From the NCBI GenBank assembly GCA_963842945.1, contig CAWJIM010000018.1, forward strand, positions 64,001 through 128,000: a DNA stretch of 64,000 nucleotides, written 5' to 3'. Below, piece after piece: positions 1 through 10,396 of this stretch. The notes below the pieces were generated by a model. The model was not told the DNA's origin and made no database searches. It saw nothing but the letters and a program-made list of their open reading frames with translations. Each line of letters opens with the position of its first letter. Position 1 is the first letter of the stretch. The DNA is from an uncultured Gemmatimonadales bacterium (lineage in GTDB: Bacteria; Gemmatimonadota; Gemmatimonadetes; Gemmatimonadales; GWC2-71-9). The translations under genes and the position numbers were made by a program.

Positions 1-121
1 CACAACCGGGTGTGGAGCTTCCGGCTCATGTTCGGCAAGGCAGTCGGGCCGTCGTAGGAAGCGGTCTCAGCGGGGCGTTCACGGAGGATTCACAGTATCA
101 TGACCCGCCGGAGGCGCACCG

Positions 122-391
122 ATGGATGAGGATTTGGCCGGCCTCACCCGCGAACAGCTGGTGGAGGAGGTCCGCAGGCTTCGCCAGGGCATTCGCGAGC
201 ACCGCGACAGCACCGGTCAGCAGCTCTGCTGGCATCATCCCGGCCTATGGGGACTCCTTCCCGAGCAGCAGGACCCGCTTCCCACCGTGCCCGATTGGCC
301 TCAGTTCCTCCGGGGCTGCATTCGCTATCGCCAGTCTCTCGACGAGCAACTTCCCCAGGCTCCCCGTTCCGCGGAGGAGTACGACCGATAG
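122..391 (+). CDS. small hypothetical protein
   Basis: 89-aa ORF with GGAGG RBS upstream; protein-like composition (CWHHP motif). Confidence 0.7.
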   Translation: MDEDLAGLTREQLVEEVRRLRQGIREHRDSTGQQLCWHHPGLWGLLPEQQDPLPTVPDWPQFLRGCIRYRQSLDEQLPQAPRSAEEYDR

Positions 392-738
392 CCTCGATTC
401 GACGCTCTGCCCTGCTATTCGCGCTCACCGCGGCGTGTGCCGGAGGAAGCCAGGGGACTGCCACGCCCGACAGCGAGCAGACCCGCGCGAGAATCGAGAA
501 CCGTGCGTCGCTGGATATGGACATCTATGTTCGGCGCAATGATGGCAGGAGCAACCGCCTGGGGTTTGCCACGGGGGGTGAAATCACCTACTTCGCGCTG
601 CCGCCCACCCTGACGGCGGGAGCCGCCTGGGTGCGCTTCGAAGCCAAGCCGGTCCGCGACTCGGGACAACCGGTGGTCAGCGAGATATTCCCGGTGAAGA
701 TGGGGGAGGAGATCAGCTGGTCGATTCCACCCCAGTAA
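388..738 (+). CDS. putative lipoprotein (start uncertain)
   Basis: 3' part of ORF 247..738: RRSALLFALTAAC lipobox followed by a beta-rich domain. Confidence 0.65.
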   Translation: MASIRRSALLFALTAACAGGSQGTATPDSEQTRARIENRASLDMDIYVRRNDGRSNRLGFATGGEITYFALPPTLTAGAAWVRFEAKPVRDSGQPVVSEIFPVKMGEEISWSIPPQ

Positions 739-747
739 GTGGGCTCG

Positions 748-984
748 CTACCAGGCCGCCCGGTCGGGTGACCGTTCACCGGCGCGGCCGATCCGGCTCC
801 AGATCCACTCCGCCAGCACGGTCAGCGCAATCAGGGTGAACAGGGGTGGCCCCAGAAGCGAGGCCAGCAGGCCCTCCTCCCAGTCCCGGGCCCATCCCTT
901 CCGGGCCACCACCGAAAGAACCAGCCCGAACGCCAGATACGCTATCGCAAGCCCGACCGAGTTTGCCAACATGACCAGAGCCAC
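748..984 (-). CDS. small membrane protein
   Basis: 78 aa with two hydrophobic segments. Confidence 0.55.
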   Translation of the reverse strand: MALVMLANSVGLAIAYLAFGLVLSVVARKGWARDWEEGLLASLLGPPLFTLIALTVLAEWIWSRIGRAGERSPDRAAW

Positions 985-1082
985 CGCTAAGAGGTGGCTC
1001 TATATGGCGCGAGGCGGTCAAGTGGAAATCAAGGCCGTGGCTTCTCGCCGGCGCATCGAAGAAGCCGGGGGGGGATGACGGG

Positions 1083-1227
1083 CTTGGCGTCGCCGACGAT
1101 GACCATCGTCTTGCCCTTGATGGCGCGGATCCGATTTTCGGGCCAATTGTTGGGCGCTGCATCTAGAGCCTTGAGTTCTTCGACCAGGGTCGCGAATGAC
1201 CAGCGCGACGACGGTCGCGCTGGCCAT
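1083..1227 (-). pseudogene. alpha/beta-hydrolase gene fragment
   Basis: Minus strand reads FATLVEELKALDAAPNNWPENRIRAIKGKTMVIVGDA, resembling the C-terminal third of alpha/beta hydrolases; no full ORF. Confidence 0.4.
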
Positions 1228-1241
1228 CTCCGCGGCGGGTT

Positions 1242-1745
1242 TCAGCTGCGGCTGGCTCCTGCCGGCACCGCTTCGCCTTTCACGGCCGCCTCGATCGTGG
1301 CGACGTCGATCTTCTTCATCGTCATCATCGCGTCGAACGCGCGCTTGGCGACGTCGCCGCCTCGGGCCATCGCCTCGGTCAGGACGCGCGGCGTGATCTG
1401 CCACGACAGGCCCCATTTGTCCTTGCACCAGCCGCACTCGCTTTCCGCGCCGCCGTTGCCGACGATCGCGTTCCAGTAGCGGTCGGTCTCGGCCTGGTCG
1501 TCGGTCGCGATCTGGAACGAGAACGCCTCGCTGTGCTTGAACGCGGGCCCGCCGTTGAGGCCGATGCAGGGGATGCCGCACACGGTGAACTCGACGGTCA
1601 GCACGTCGCCCTCCTTGCCGCGAGGAAAGTCGCCCGGCGCGCGGTGCACCGCGCCGACCGCGCTGTCGGGGAAGGTCTCGGCGTAGAAGCGCGCCGCTTC
1701 CTCGGCGTCCTCGTCGTACCACAGGCAGATCGTGTTCTTGTTCAT
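1242..1745 (-). CDS. VOC family protein (PhnB / 3-demethylubiquinone-9 3-methyltransferase-like)
   Basis: LNGGP, EAFSFQI, CGWCKDKWGLSWQI, MKKIDVA motifs; AGGAGG RBS. Confidence 0.92.
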   Translation of the reverse strand: MNKNTICLWYDEDAEEAARFYAETFPDSAVGAVHRAPGDFPRGKEGDVLTVEFTVCGIPCIGLNGGPAFKHSEAFSFQIATDDQAETDRYWNAIVGNGGAESECGWCKDKWGLSWQITPRVLTEAMARGGDVAKRAFDAMMTMKKIDVATIEAAVKGEAVPAGASRS

Positions 1746-1957
1746 CGTGCCCTCCTGTTGGCGAAGCTCTTACTAGGTCTCTCGAATGCGTTCCTGAGCA
1801 ATCCTAGTTTTGTCAGGAGGCTATCGTCAACCGCCGAAAGCGGTCTACGATATGTGGAACTGCATAAGCCGTGGGCCACGATTGGGCTAACGCGGAGACT
1901 GCGGTAGACGCTGGGATGGGCATGATGGTGCTGGATCTAAGGTGGACCAAAGGATAG

Positions 1958-1986
1958 TTGACGCTGTGGGTACCGCGCCATAAGGT
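1958..1986 (+). promoter_or_regulatory. sigma70-type promoter
   Basis: TTGACG-17 bp-TAAGGT. Confidence 0.55.
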
Positions 1987-2012
1987 AGCCGCACACTCTG
2001 TAACCTCTGCCA

Positions 2013-2065
2013 CGAAAAGAGCACACCCAGCGAAAGCCGGGCCCGCAAAACCACGGGTCCTAGCC
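2013..2065 (+). promoter_or_regulatory. c-di-GMP-I (GEMM-I)-like riboswitch, 5' half only
   Basis: GAGCACACCCAGC-GAAA-GCCGGGCCCGCAAAACCACGGGTCCTA resembles GEMM-I P2 and the start of P3; 3' strand of P3 not found. Confidence 0.5.
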
Positions 2066-2127
2066 TTCCCCGCGACGCTCTGATCAACGCAACGAAGGAT
2101 TCTGACCCTCACGCTTGGAGGTCTCGA

Positions 2128-2544
2128 TGCGTGACCCTTTACCTCCTGCCCACTACTATCAGTTTTATATCAGCGGCCTGATCACTAATCTGGGGGGGGA
2201 CGCGTATGAGCAGCTCGTCGTCACCCGACCCGATGGGTCCAACAAAGTGCTGCAACGAGGAGTGGACATATACGTCGTGGCTTGGGAGGTTGCGGGATTC
2301 CCGTGCGATCTCCTCGGGGCGCCCCACTTCACCGGTACAGCCAAGGCTGGTGTCCACGGACAGTGTCAGCGGCGGCGCTGACGCCACCGGTTTCAGGCTA
2401 ATCGGCATGGTTACCGACGAGGACGGCCAGCGGTACCATCTCGTGGTGGATTTCCTCGGCAGCGTGGCGCCCGGTAGCACGCTCGAGGACTTCATCTTGG
2501 AGAATCGCGCGGCCAAGATCCAACTGACACCAATCGGACACTGA
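2128..2544 (+). CDS. hypothetical protein, frameshifted near 2340
   Basis: GGAGG RBS + ATG 2128; ORFs 2115..2381 and 2206..2544 join into one protein-like sequence. Confidence 0.45.
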
Positions 2545-2695
2545 GCGTCTGTGGGGTTGCTTGTTCCAGGCGCGGCGCTCTAGACAAAGAGGCAGCAAAA
2601 GAAAAAGGCGCACTAGGCCAATGACTTAGCCAGTCCGCTATCGCCTTTTGCGACTCTCCGGGTACGTTACGGTCACCCTTGGACAGGTACGCGTC

Positions 2696-3019
2696 ATGGA
2701 CCCACAGCTCAGCGGCTTCGCTCTCGGGTTGCTCTTTGGAGCGGCTAAGATCGGCGCAATCGGCACCATCGGCTTCGCGATCGCGTGGTGGCGTACTCGC
2801 CGCAAGCTCCAGCGCCTCGAACGGGCTTTACCTGATCCGGGAGTCCTGAAGGAGCACCTCGCAAACCTTGAGCAGAACTCCGACTATATCGGGGCGAAAC
2901 TGGCAGAACTCGGGGAGACCCAGACCCGGCTGCTACAGCAGCTCGGCTCGCCACCCCGTCTTACCGAGCCCTCACGGCGCGAAGGCGAGGACACACGTCC
3001 TCCGATCACGCCGCATTGA
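2696..3019 (+). CDS. membrane-anchored coiled-coil hypothetical protein
   Basis: N-terminal TM segment, then heptad-like region. Confidence 0.65.
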   Translation: MDPQLSGFALGLLFGAAKIGAIGTIGFAIAWWRTRRKLQRLERALPDPGVLKEHLANLEQNSDYIGAKLAELGETQTRLLQQLGSPPRLTEPSRREGEDTRPPITPH

Positions 3020-3029
3020 CGCCACTGTA

Positions 3030-3069
3030 GCCTAACCAGCGCATGCAGCCGATGCGCGATCCGTTAGGG
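3030..3069 (+). repeat. internally deleted integron attC-like site
   Basis: GCCTAAC..CAGCGCATGCAGCCGA/TGCGCGATCC..GTTAGGG, 10 bp after a stop codon; only 40 bp long. Confidence 0.5.
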
Positions 3070-3282
3070 ACCAGGTATCCAGAGCACTTCTACGGCCGGC
3101 CATTTGGTTTATCCGCACCACCCCGCCCGCCCTTTCCGGGTTTTATCATGAGACGTTAAGCAGCGGAATCCAACTGCCGATCATTTCCAAAGGCGGGCTC
3201 CCAGTCGCAACATCCTTCGAGGCAGCCCTGGGGCATTGCGGCCCTGATTGTTGCACACTCTGCTTGCACCTATGGAGGATTT

Positions 3283-3705
3283 GTGATGCACAAGGTCGTC
3301 GCCCACTATATCGGCGGAAAGGTGGTCAAAGGCATCAGCCACGACATCAATGCGCAGAAGCCTTTCTGCCACATCCGAACGGCAGAGCAGGAGTCGATCT
3401 CCGTAAAACTCAGCGACTTGAAGGCGCTGTTCTTCGTGAAGGATCTTGCCGGCGATTCCAAACGCGACGAGGCGCAGATGCTCGAAGCGCACGACCTACG
3501 TGCTCGGGGAGCGCACCCGATCGAAGTTGAATTTGGTGACGGGGAACGCGTGATGGGACTGACCGCAGGATACCCGCCCCAAGGTGCGTTCTTTTTTGTG
3601 CTGCCGGTCGATGCCCGGAGCAACAACCTCCGAATCCTGGTGAACAAGGCAGCAGTCAAACGCATGGCGAATCAGCCCCTGGCACGGGCACCACGATCAG
3701 CCTGA
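3283..3705 (+). CDS. conserved hypothetical protein (two repeated beta domains)
   Basis: LKALFFVKDL, IEVEFGDGE, FFVLPVD..SNNLRILVN; GGAGG RBS. Confidence 0.8.
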   Translation: MMHKVVAHYIGGKVVKGISHDINAQKPFCHIRTAEQESISVKLSDLKALFFVKDLAGDSKRDEAQMLEAHDLRARGAHPIEVEFGDGERVMGLTAGYPPQGAFFFVLPVDARSNNLRILVNKAAVKRMANQPLARAPRSA

Positions 3706-3745
3706 CTCCTAGCTTCGCCCTTAATAATCGTCTATTGCTGACGGG

Positions 3746-4033
3746 ATGATTTGGAAGCCGACTGACGATGCGGACCGCAGCGTCCGCGAGTGGATGAAGG
3801 CCAGAGGCTGGGAGGTCACCCGCACCAACTATGACTCCGACCGAAAGGTTTACGCCTGGCGGCATGATATCCCGGGCGGCAAATCCCCGACACTCCGGAT
3901 TTCTCAGCAGCTCCTCGAGGACTATCCAGCCTTCATCGTGGTGCACCACCTCGACGAGCTCAAGGTGGCTCGAGCGATCCAGACCCAGCCTGAGATGCGG
4001 CTAGTGAAGAAGTCCGTCAATGCGATGGGATGA
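3746..4033 (+). CDS. hypothetical protein
   Basis: 95-aa ORF with globular composition. Confidence 0.6.
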   Translation: MIWKPTDDADRSVREWMKARGWEVTRTNYDSDRKVYAWRHDIPGGKSPTLRISQQLLEDYPAFIVVHHLDELKVARAIQTQPEMRLVKKSVNAMG

Positions 4034-4059
4034 GCTCAGCTAGCTTGTTGCAGTGTAAG

Positions 4060-4115
4060 TGCCCGGGGCGGGACTCGAACCCGCACGGCCTTTCAGCCAA
4101 GGGATTTTAAGTCCC
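4060..4115 (-). repeat. att direct repeat (3' 56 nt of tRNA-Leu)
   Basis: Identical to 11583-11638. Confidence 0.95.
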
Positions 4116-4713
4116 ACTAAGAGCCTGGAGTACTACACCACAAACAGCATCACGGCGCATCTGGCAACGACTTAGCCGGTGCGCCGTTGCTGTTGATGTA
4201 CTTTGGTGCGCCATGCGTCGGGGGACAGCTCGGGGGACAGTTCGACCGCGACAACACCACGTATTCGAGAGACTCCTAGAAGCCCGCAGGCCGACGAGCA
4301 AGGTGCCGCGGACCCAGAGACTCAGCGCGAACGCAGCACACCGAGCTAATCCGTCGCCATGGTACCCGGGGCTTTGGCGGCACCCGGGTTTCCCCTGTCC
4401 GGCCCTTTTTTGAAAGGATGGATAGGTCAGAGATAGGGAGTGGTGCCCTTACGGGCAAGCAAGACCTTTGTGCAGGGTGGGACTCGGACCGCCACTACCT
4501 CATCAATCGCAACGGCTACCGATTCGTTGGGCTTGTCGATGCCTAAGCCTTACCCCGGGCAGCAAATGTGATAACCTGCACGGTTTCAGAGAGACAGATG
4601 TGCAGCCTGCACGTACAGAAGCCCCAAAATGTGCAGGATGTTCAGATCAAGTTGGCACAAAAGTTCGCACATTAGCGCTGGGTGTTTGTCATAACTCTTA
4701 GGCTGGATGGTAA

Positions 4714-7394
4714 CTACATCTTCGGGTTGACCAACCTCTCGAAGCGCGGGTTGCCGCGGAGAGGCGCGAAGTTCGGATCGATCTTCAGCCAGCCCGGGGT
4801 GAGATAGTACGGAACCTTAAGCAGTGGCTCGAGGTGGTCTAATGCCTGCTCGTGCTCGCCCACCAGGATGTAGATGCGCACGAGCTGGTGCTGCCGGTAC
4901 GGGCCGTAGAGCGCGTCCTTCTCCATCGGATATAGCGAGAGCCCGAGTCGTCCCTCACGGATCGCCTCACTCTTCCTGCCGAGGTAGGCGAGGGAAAGGC
5001 CGTGGACCAGGAGGCGGTCCGGGTTTCCGGGGGTGATCCGAAGCTGCTCCTCGACGTCGATGCGGGCTGAATCGGCGTAGATTCGAGCGCGCGCGGAGTC
5101 GCCGCGATGCCACCAGGTCTGAGCCAGGACGATGCCCCAGACGCTCCGATCATCATCGAACGCGTTGGGTCGCAGGCGCAGCAATAGCTGCTGCTGGTCC
5201 TCGTTCAGAACCCAGTAGAGGTCGTAGTAAGTAGCGAAGAACGCCGCGAGGGCGGCCTGATCTCACCTCCTTGGGGGCCGAGGCTATCACGGACCGTGCC
5301 GCAGGAAGGTCGCCTTCGGCGAGGGCGATCTTTGCCTTGTATTCAATGAGGTCGATGTTATCAGGCGCCAGTGCGAGTGCCCGATCCGCGGCGGCGCGCG
5401 CCTCCGGGAGGCGGCGTAGGTGAAGGAGGACCTGCATAACGTTACGCGGCGGATCGATAGAGCGGGGATCGAATCGCTCAGCTTGTCGGAAGTGGGCCTG
5501 CGCCGAGTCCCACTGGCCGAGGCTCTGCTCGAAATACCCCGCCGCGTTGAGCAGGTCTGCATCGCGCGGCGCCAGCCGCCTTCCGCGTTCGAACTCTGCG
5601 AGTGCGTGTCGGTGATCCCTTACTACCATCTGGTAGTAAAACCCAAGAGCCAAGTGGGTATCCGGACGGCTGGGACCCAAGCGCTGTGCTTGCTCGGCGG
5701 CGTACTGCGCCTTCTGGGCCGCCGCCTGAGTCGGGGTGCTGTTGGTGTAGAGAAACGTGTGCGCGATCGAGAGCTGTACCCAGGCTTGGGCGAACCCGGG
5801 GTCGAGCGACACCGCTTGCTCGTAATAGGCCGCCGCGCGGCGCAGCATTGACGGGTCACTGGAGAACAGCGTCGGCCAAATCTCCCGACCCCTCAGGTAC
5901 GCGTCGTAAGCCTCAGTGTTCGCCGTTGGCTTCTCGGCCAGCTGCCGCCGTGCGCTGTCGCCCAGGGCCAGCCCCAGTTCCTCAGCGACTCTACTGCCGA
6001 TATCGGCGTACATCTGGAACACGTCGGTGAGCGACGCCTCGAACGGCTGCTGCCATTTGATGATCGGCGATGGTCCGCCACTGACCTCCACCAGCTCCGG
6101 GGCCACATGCACTTGGCTAGCTCCCCCGGGCGCCTTACTCCAGCGCACGGTGGCGGTCAGCAGGTAGCGGACGCCCAATTCCTTGGCAATCTGCTGTGGT
6201 TGCCTCGTCGTCTTCTTATACGGCGTGGAGCTTCCGCGAGCGATGACCTGAATCCCCGGCAGCGTGGAGAGCCTGCTCCGCACTTCGTCGGTAACTCCGT
6301 CGGCGAAGTACCTCGCCCTCCGCCGCGCCTAGGTTCTCGAACGGCAACACGGCAAGGAGTCTGGTCTGCTCCTCGCTCCTTGGTGGACGCCACCATGCGA
6401 ATAGCAGCGTGAAAGCGATCAGGATGGTAAGTGCCAGCGTGGCGGCTGATGCGATGACCATCCGCCGTCGCCTGTGGCCCGCCGAAAAGGCAGAACGGGC
6501 ACCAGCCTCCATCTCCGGTGCCGGGAAGATTGGGCTGACCGGAGCGAGCTTGGCCCCCAGCAGAAGCGCGCGGCCCATTTCCGCTGCCGTGGCGAAACGA
6601 TCGGCTGCTAATGGCGCCAGCGCCTGGGTTACTGCACCCTGCACCGCTTCTGGAACTGCCGGACGCACCCGCCGAACCTTTGGGACGGGGTCGCTGAAAC
6701 GCTTGGCGATGATCGCCTGCGCCGTCGGCCCGGTGAACGGCGGCTCGCCCGCCAGCATCTCGTACAGCACGCAGCCCAGGCTGTAGATGTCGCTCGCGGC
6801 CGTCGAGCTCGCTCCGCCGCTGGCCTGCTCCGGGCTCATGTAGGCCGGCGGTGCCGACGCCATCCCGGTCTCGGTCAGCTGCGCGCCACCCGCCTGGCCC
6901 AGCGGCGCGGGCGATCCCGAAGTCGGCCACCAGCGCGTGCCCGCCGCAGAGCAGGATGTTCTCCGGCTTGATGTCGCGATGGACCACGCCCTGGCCGTGG
7001 GCGTAGTCCAGCGCCTCGGCCACTTCGCGCGCGATCCGCAGCGCCTCGTCGACCGGGAGCTGCGGTCTCGCGCTCGAGCCGGTCCCGCAGCGACTCGCCC
7101 TCGACGTAGGGCATGACGTAGTAGAGGAGGCCGTCGGCCTCGCCCGAGTCGTGCAGCGGCAGGATGTGGGGATGCTGCAGCTCGGCCGCGATCTCGATCT
7201 CGCGGAGGAACGCTCGGCGCCGAGCGTGGCCGCGAGCTCGGCTGCAGCACCTTGAGGGCGACCTGGCGGTCGTGCTTCAGGTCGTGCGCGAGGTAGACCG
7301 TGGCCATGCCGCCCCGGCCGAGCTCGCGCTCGATGCGGTAGCGGTCGGCCAGGGCGGTAATAAGGCGGGGGAGGAGCTCTGCTCAGGGGGTCAT
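4714..7394 (-). CDS. Ser/Thr protein kinase with TM, TolB-like and TPR region (multiple frameshifts)
   Basis: [58 protein letters not shown] repeats; LRGNPRF C-terminus. Confidence 0.88.
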
Positions 7395-7487
7395 CCAGCT
7401 AGTGCGAGAAGGTAGAAACATAACTGCTGGCGTTTTTCACGGGCTTTTCACGCACCCATGTCAGCGGCTCGACGGGCTGGAGGGCTG

Positions 7488-7869
7488 ATGAACCCCGAAA
7501 ACCCCGGTAAAAACCCCGGACGGACCATCCCCATGCGAGTTCAGCCGCATGGTGGAGCCCTAAACAGTGGCGGTCGCTATCCCGGCTCTGGCCGGCCGCC
7601 TTCGGTGGTGCGGCAGCGCTGTCGTGGAAGCTTTCTCGAGCGGGTGGCCACCCTGGAAACGATTGCGGACGCAGAGGAGGTGCCAGTGCGAGATCGGATC
7701 CGAGCGATAGATGTTCTGGGCAAGTATGGCCTCACCGCCAGGCCGAGTAGACGTGGAAGAGGTGCGGACCATGCTCAGCCGGACCGTCGCCAAGATCGAG
7801 GAGGTGTGCGATCCGCAGAGCCTGCCGGAGCTGCTGCTGAAGGCGATTGAACCGATCTGGGACGACTGA
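7488..7869 (+). CDS. hypothetical protein, possibly terminase small subunit-like (frameshift near 7740)
   Basis: GGRYPGSGRPP motif followed by helical region DRIRAIDVLGKYG; RBS present. Confidence 0.45.
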
Positions 7870-7912
7870 GGCTCAAGGGCGTATGAACCAGAATAGTGGT
7901 ATTGGAGGCTGT

Positions 7913-8899
7913 ATGAACTGGGCCGTCTTCGTGGGTTCCCTCTGGCTCGCGATTGTCCTGGAGGCCTGCTCAGATCCTCATCCCGAGGCGGGGGTCCTTC
8001 GAGTAAAGATCATCAGCCTCACGGACGTTCCGGGTACGTGGCGGGAGCGGGAGGCGTGCGTCTCTTCTACCGCCTCGATGGGGATGGTCCGGATACGGTC
8101 ATGGTGCTCCACGGCGGCCCCGGATTCAATCTGGAAGGGCTCCGGCCGATCTCGGTCAGCTCGCCCAAAAGCACACGCTCCTCTATTTCGACCAGCGGGG
8201 GAGCGGCCACTCCGAGATGCCCGACACGCTCCGACTCACCGCCGCGCTCATGGTCGAGGACCTGGAGGCACTCCGGCGGGCCTTCCACCTGGACCTCCTC
8301 ACGCTGCTCGGCCATTCCTGGGCGGCGGGCTCGCGGTGCTCTACGCGGCCCGCTATCCCGACCAGGTCCGAAAGCTGATCCTCGTCGGCCCTATGGCACC
8401 GCGGAAGCATCCCTACACCGACCAGTTCCTCGCCAACATGACGGCGCGCCAAGACAGCGCCGAGAAGGCGCGCATGGCACTCTTGGACACCATGTGGGTG
8501 GCCGCCCCAGGCGAGACCTCACTTTGTCGCGAGGGAATGCGGCTATTCCTGCGCAGCGTCGCCGCCACACCCGAGGCCGCGGGTCGCATCAAAGGAGAGA
8601 TGCTTCGGACCCGGAAAACCGCCGGTCGATAGAGGTGCTGCAGCGCCGGGGGGTGCCTCGATCGCTGCCAACGGAGACCCTGACGGCCCCTACGACTGGC
8701 GGCCTCTCGCCCGGCGGTTTCGGCTCCCACTCTGGTGGTACACGGGGATCAGGACCCGATGCCGCTGACCGGCGAGCGAGGAGTGGGTGCGGCGCTTCCC
8801 CACGCGCGGCTCGTGGTGATCCGCGGCGCCGGCCATTACCCCCACGCCGAGCAACCAGACCAGTTCTTTCCTGCCGTCGAGGACTTCCTCACTCGATGA
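7913..8899 (+). CDS. alpha/beta hydrolase (proline iminopeptidase-like), frameshifted
   Basis: VLHGGPG, DQRGSG, GHSW nucleophile elbow, GAGHYPHAEQPDQF. Confidence 0.8.
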
Positions 8900-9033
8900 G
8901 GAACCACAGGCAAGGAGCAGCTTAGGAGAGGACACCCCCCGAGAGAGGGGGAGGGGGGGCCCCCGGGTGTGGCCGTACCCTCAAGCAATCGCGCAGAAAT
9001 TTTGCAAAAATTTTTCGCAGGATCGAGATATTC

Positions 9034-9276
9034 GTGAATGAATATCTATCGGAGAAGTCGCAAGTGAACGCAGCGGGACTCCGGGAACTCCATGCGGCCT
9101 CGCTGCCTACTGCCACTCCGGTTCCAGTGCCGCGAGAATGGCTGCTGGAGCTGTTGACGAACGGGTCTCCCCAATTGCAAACCAGCCGAGCGGATCTCAC
9201 CGCCGAGGAGGTGGCTCCGCTTCTCGGGCACTACGGTGCGGTGGGTATACAGCCATGCCGACCAGCTCGGCGGTAA
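9034..9276 (+). pseudogene. possible truncated excisionase-like HTH protein
   Basis: VPREWLLELL..ADLTAEEVAPLLG resembles the start of a MerR/Xis-type HTH, then degenerates. Confidence 0.35.
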
Positions 9277-9429
9277 GCGGTTTCGAAGCGCTGCCTCCGG
9301 TTCCCAGAGTCAGCTATCCGTCGCCGCATTGAGCGGCGATAAGAGACCTTTGCCAACATCCCGCTCGGTTTTGGCCCTGCTAGGAAGCGCCATCAGTCCC
9401 CCCTATAGAAGCCACGCTAGCACCTATGC

Positions 9430-9861
9430 ATTATCATGACACCGTCTGTGGGCTGTTCGTCGCTCCCGTGGCCCACACCTTGATCTCGGCCATAGTAGGT
9501 GCCGTCGGGCAGGCCTGTGCCATCTACCCACACCTTCATGGTGGACGGCGCGGTCCCATACCTGGGCGATCTCTTGATCCAGGTCGCACTCTTGGTGGAT
9601 GTCCAGTTGAGGGTCCCACCCCCAGTGTTGCTGATGGATAAGGACTGCCCGAGCGGCATCAGCACGCGACGAGTGCTGGCGGGAACGAGTAGGGTAGCAG
9701 AGTCGGAGGCGCCGCCGGCTGAGCAGCGATAGTGGGGGCCGCCGCCGTCAGGCTCTGGGAGGCTGTGGCGGGGCGGTGGGCGTATCTGAGGAACAAGCTG
9801 CCAACACCACAGTGCTGGCGACCGCGAGCGCAGCGTGACCGAAGTACCGACCTTTGGACAT
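9430..9861 (-). CDS. BACON/Ig-like domain lipoprotein, frameshifted or truncated
   Basis: VVLAAC lipobox; ISNTGGGTLNWT..ATW..GTAPS..GL..GTYYG. Confidence 0.6.
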
Positions 9862-10162
9862 ATAGGGCCTTCCGTGCCAGGGGATGCCGGAGCGAGTTCC
9901 AGGCGTGGCACGAGGCCCGAAAGGCGACATTCTGACGTTCACTAGCTACATCATACTTGTAGAACGGGAAAACTGCGTGAAAAGGATCAAGGCACCTGTC
10001 TTGGTGCGTGCCGATGAGGCTACTAGGCGGTGATGAAGTAGCGGAGAAGATGAAAATGAGAGAGGGCTTTGTTCGAGCTACAGCCGTTAGACACCCGCAA
10101 CTGCTCATTTACTTATGTGCTCATGTGTTTATCCTTGGGTATCGACTTAACCCGAGGCGAGT

Positions 10163-10390
10163 ATGGGCACAAGGCAGAAGGGCAGAAAATCCCAATCACA
10201 AAGCGGGCGCTTGTCCAACGCATCAATCGTCATCTCCGAAAGCAAAATGAGGCATTGCGGGGGAAGCGGGGGGAGAATACGGGCGAGTATTACCTTGTGG
10301 ATACAAACCGGAATGCCTAATCGAGGAGAGCGTAGCGATAGAGAAGCTAGGGCGAGAGCTAGGCGTCCTCGATCCCTATGAACGGCGGAG
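10163..10390 (+). CDS. small element-associated hypothetical protein, frameshifted
   Basis: ITKRALVQRINRHL..GEYYLVD..N continues in another frame as IEKLGRELGVLDPYE. Confidence 0.45.
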
Positions 10391-10396
10391 GACCGA

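Noticed and set aside
4060..4115. Second tRNA-Leu gene
   Set aside because: Lacks the 5' acceptor strand and D-arm; it is the att duplication
4575..4636. Mini CRISPR array
   Set aside because: Units are inverted-repeat pairs with 15-nt interiors, only two units, no cas genes
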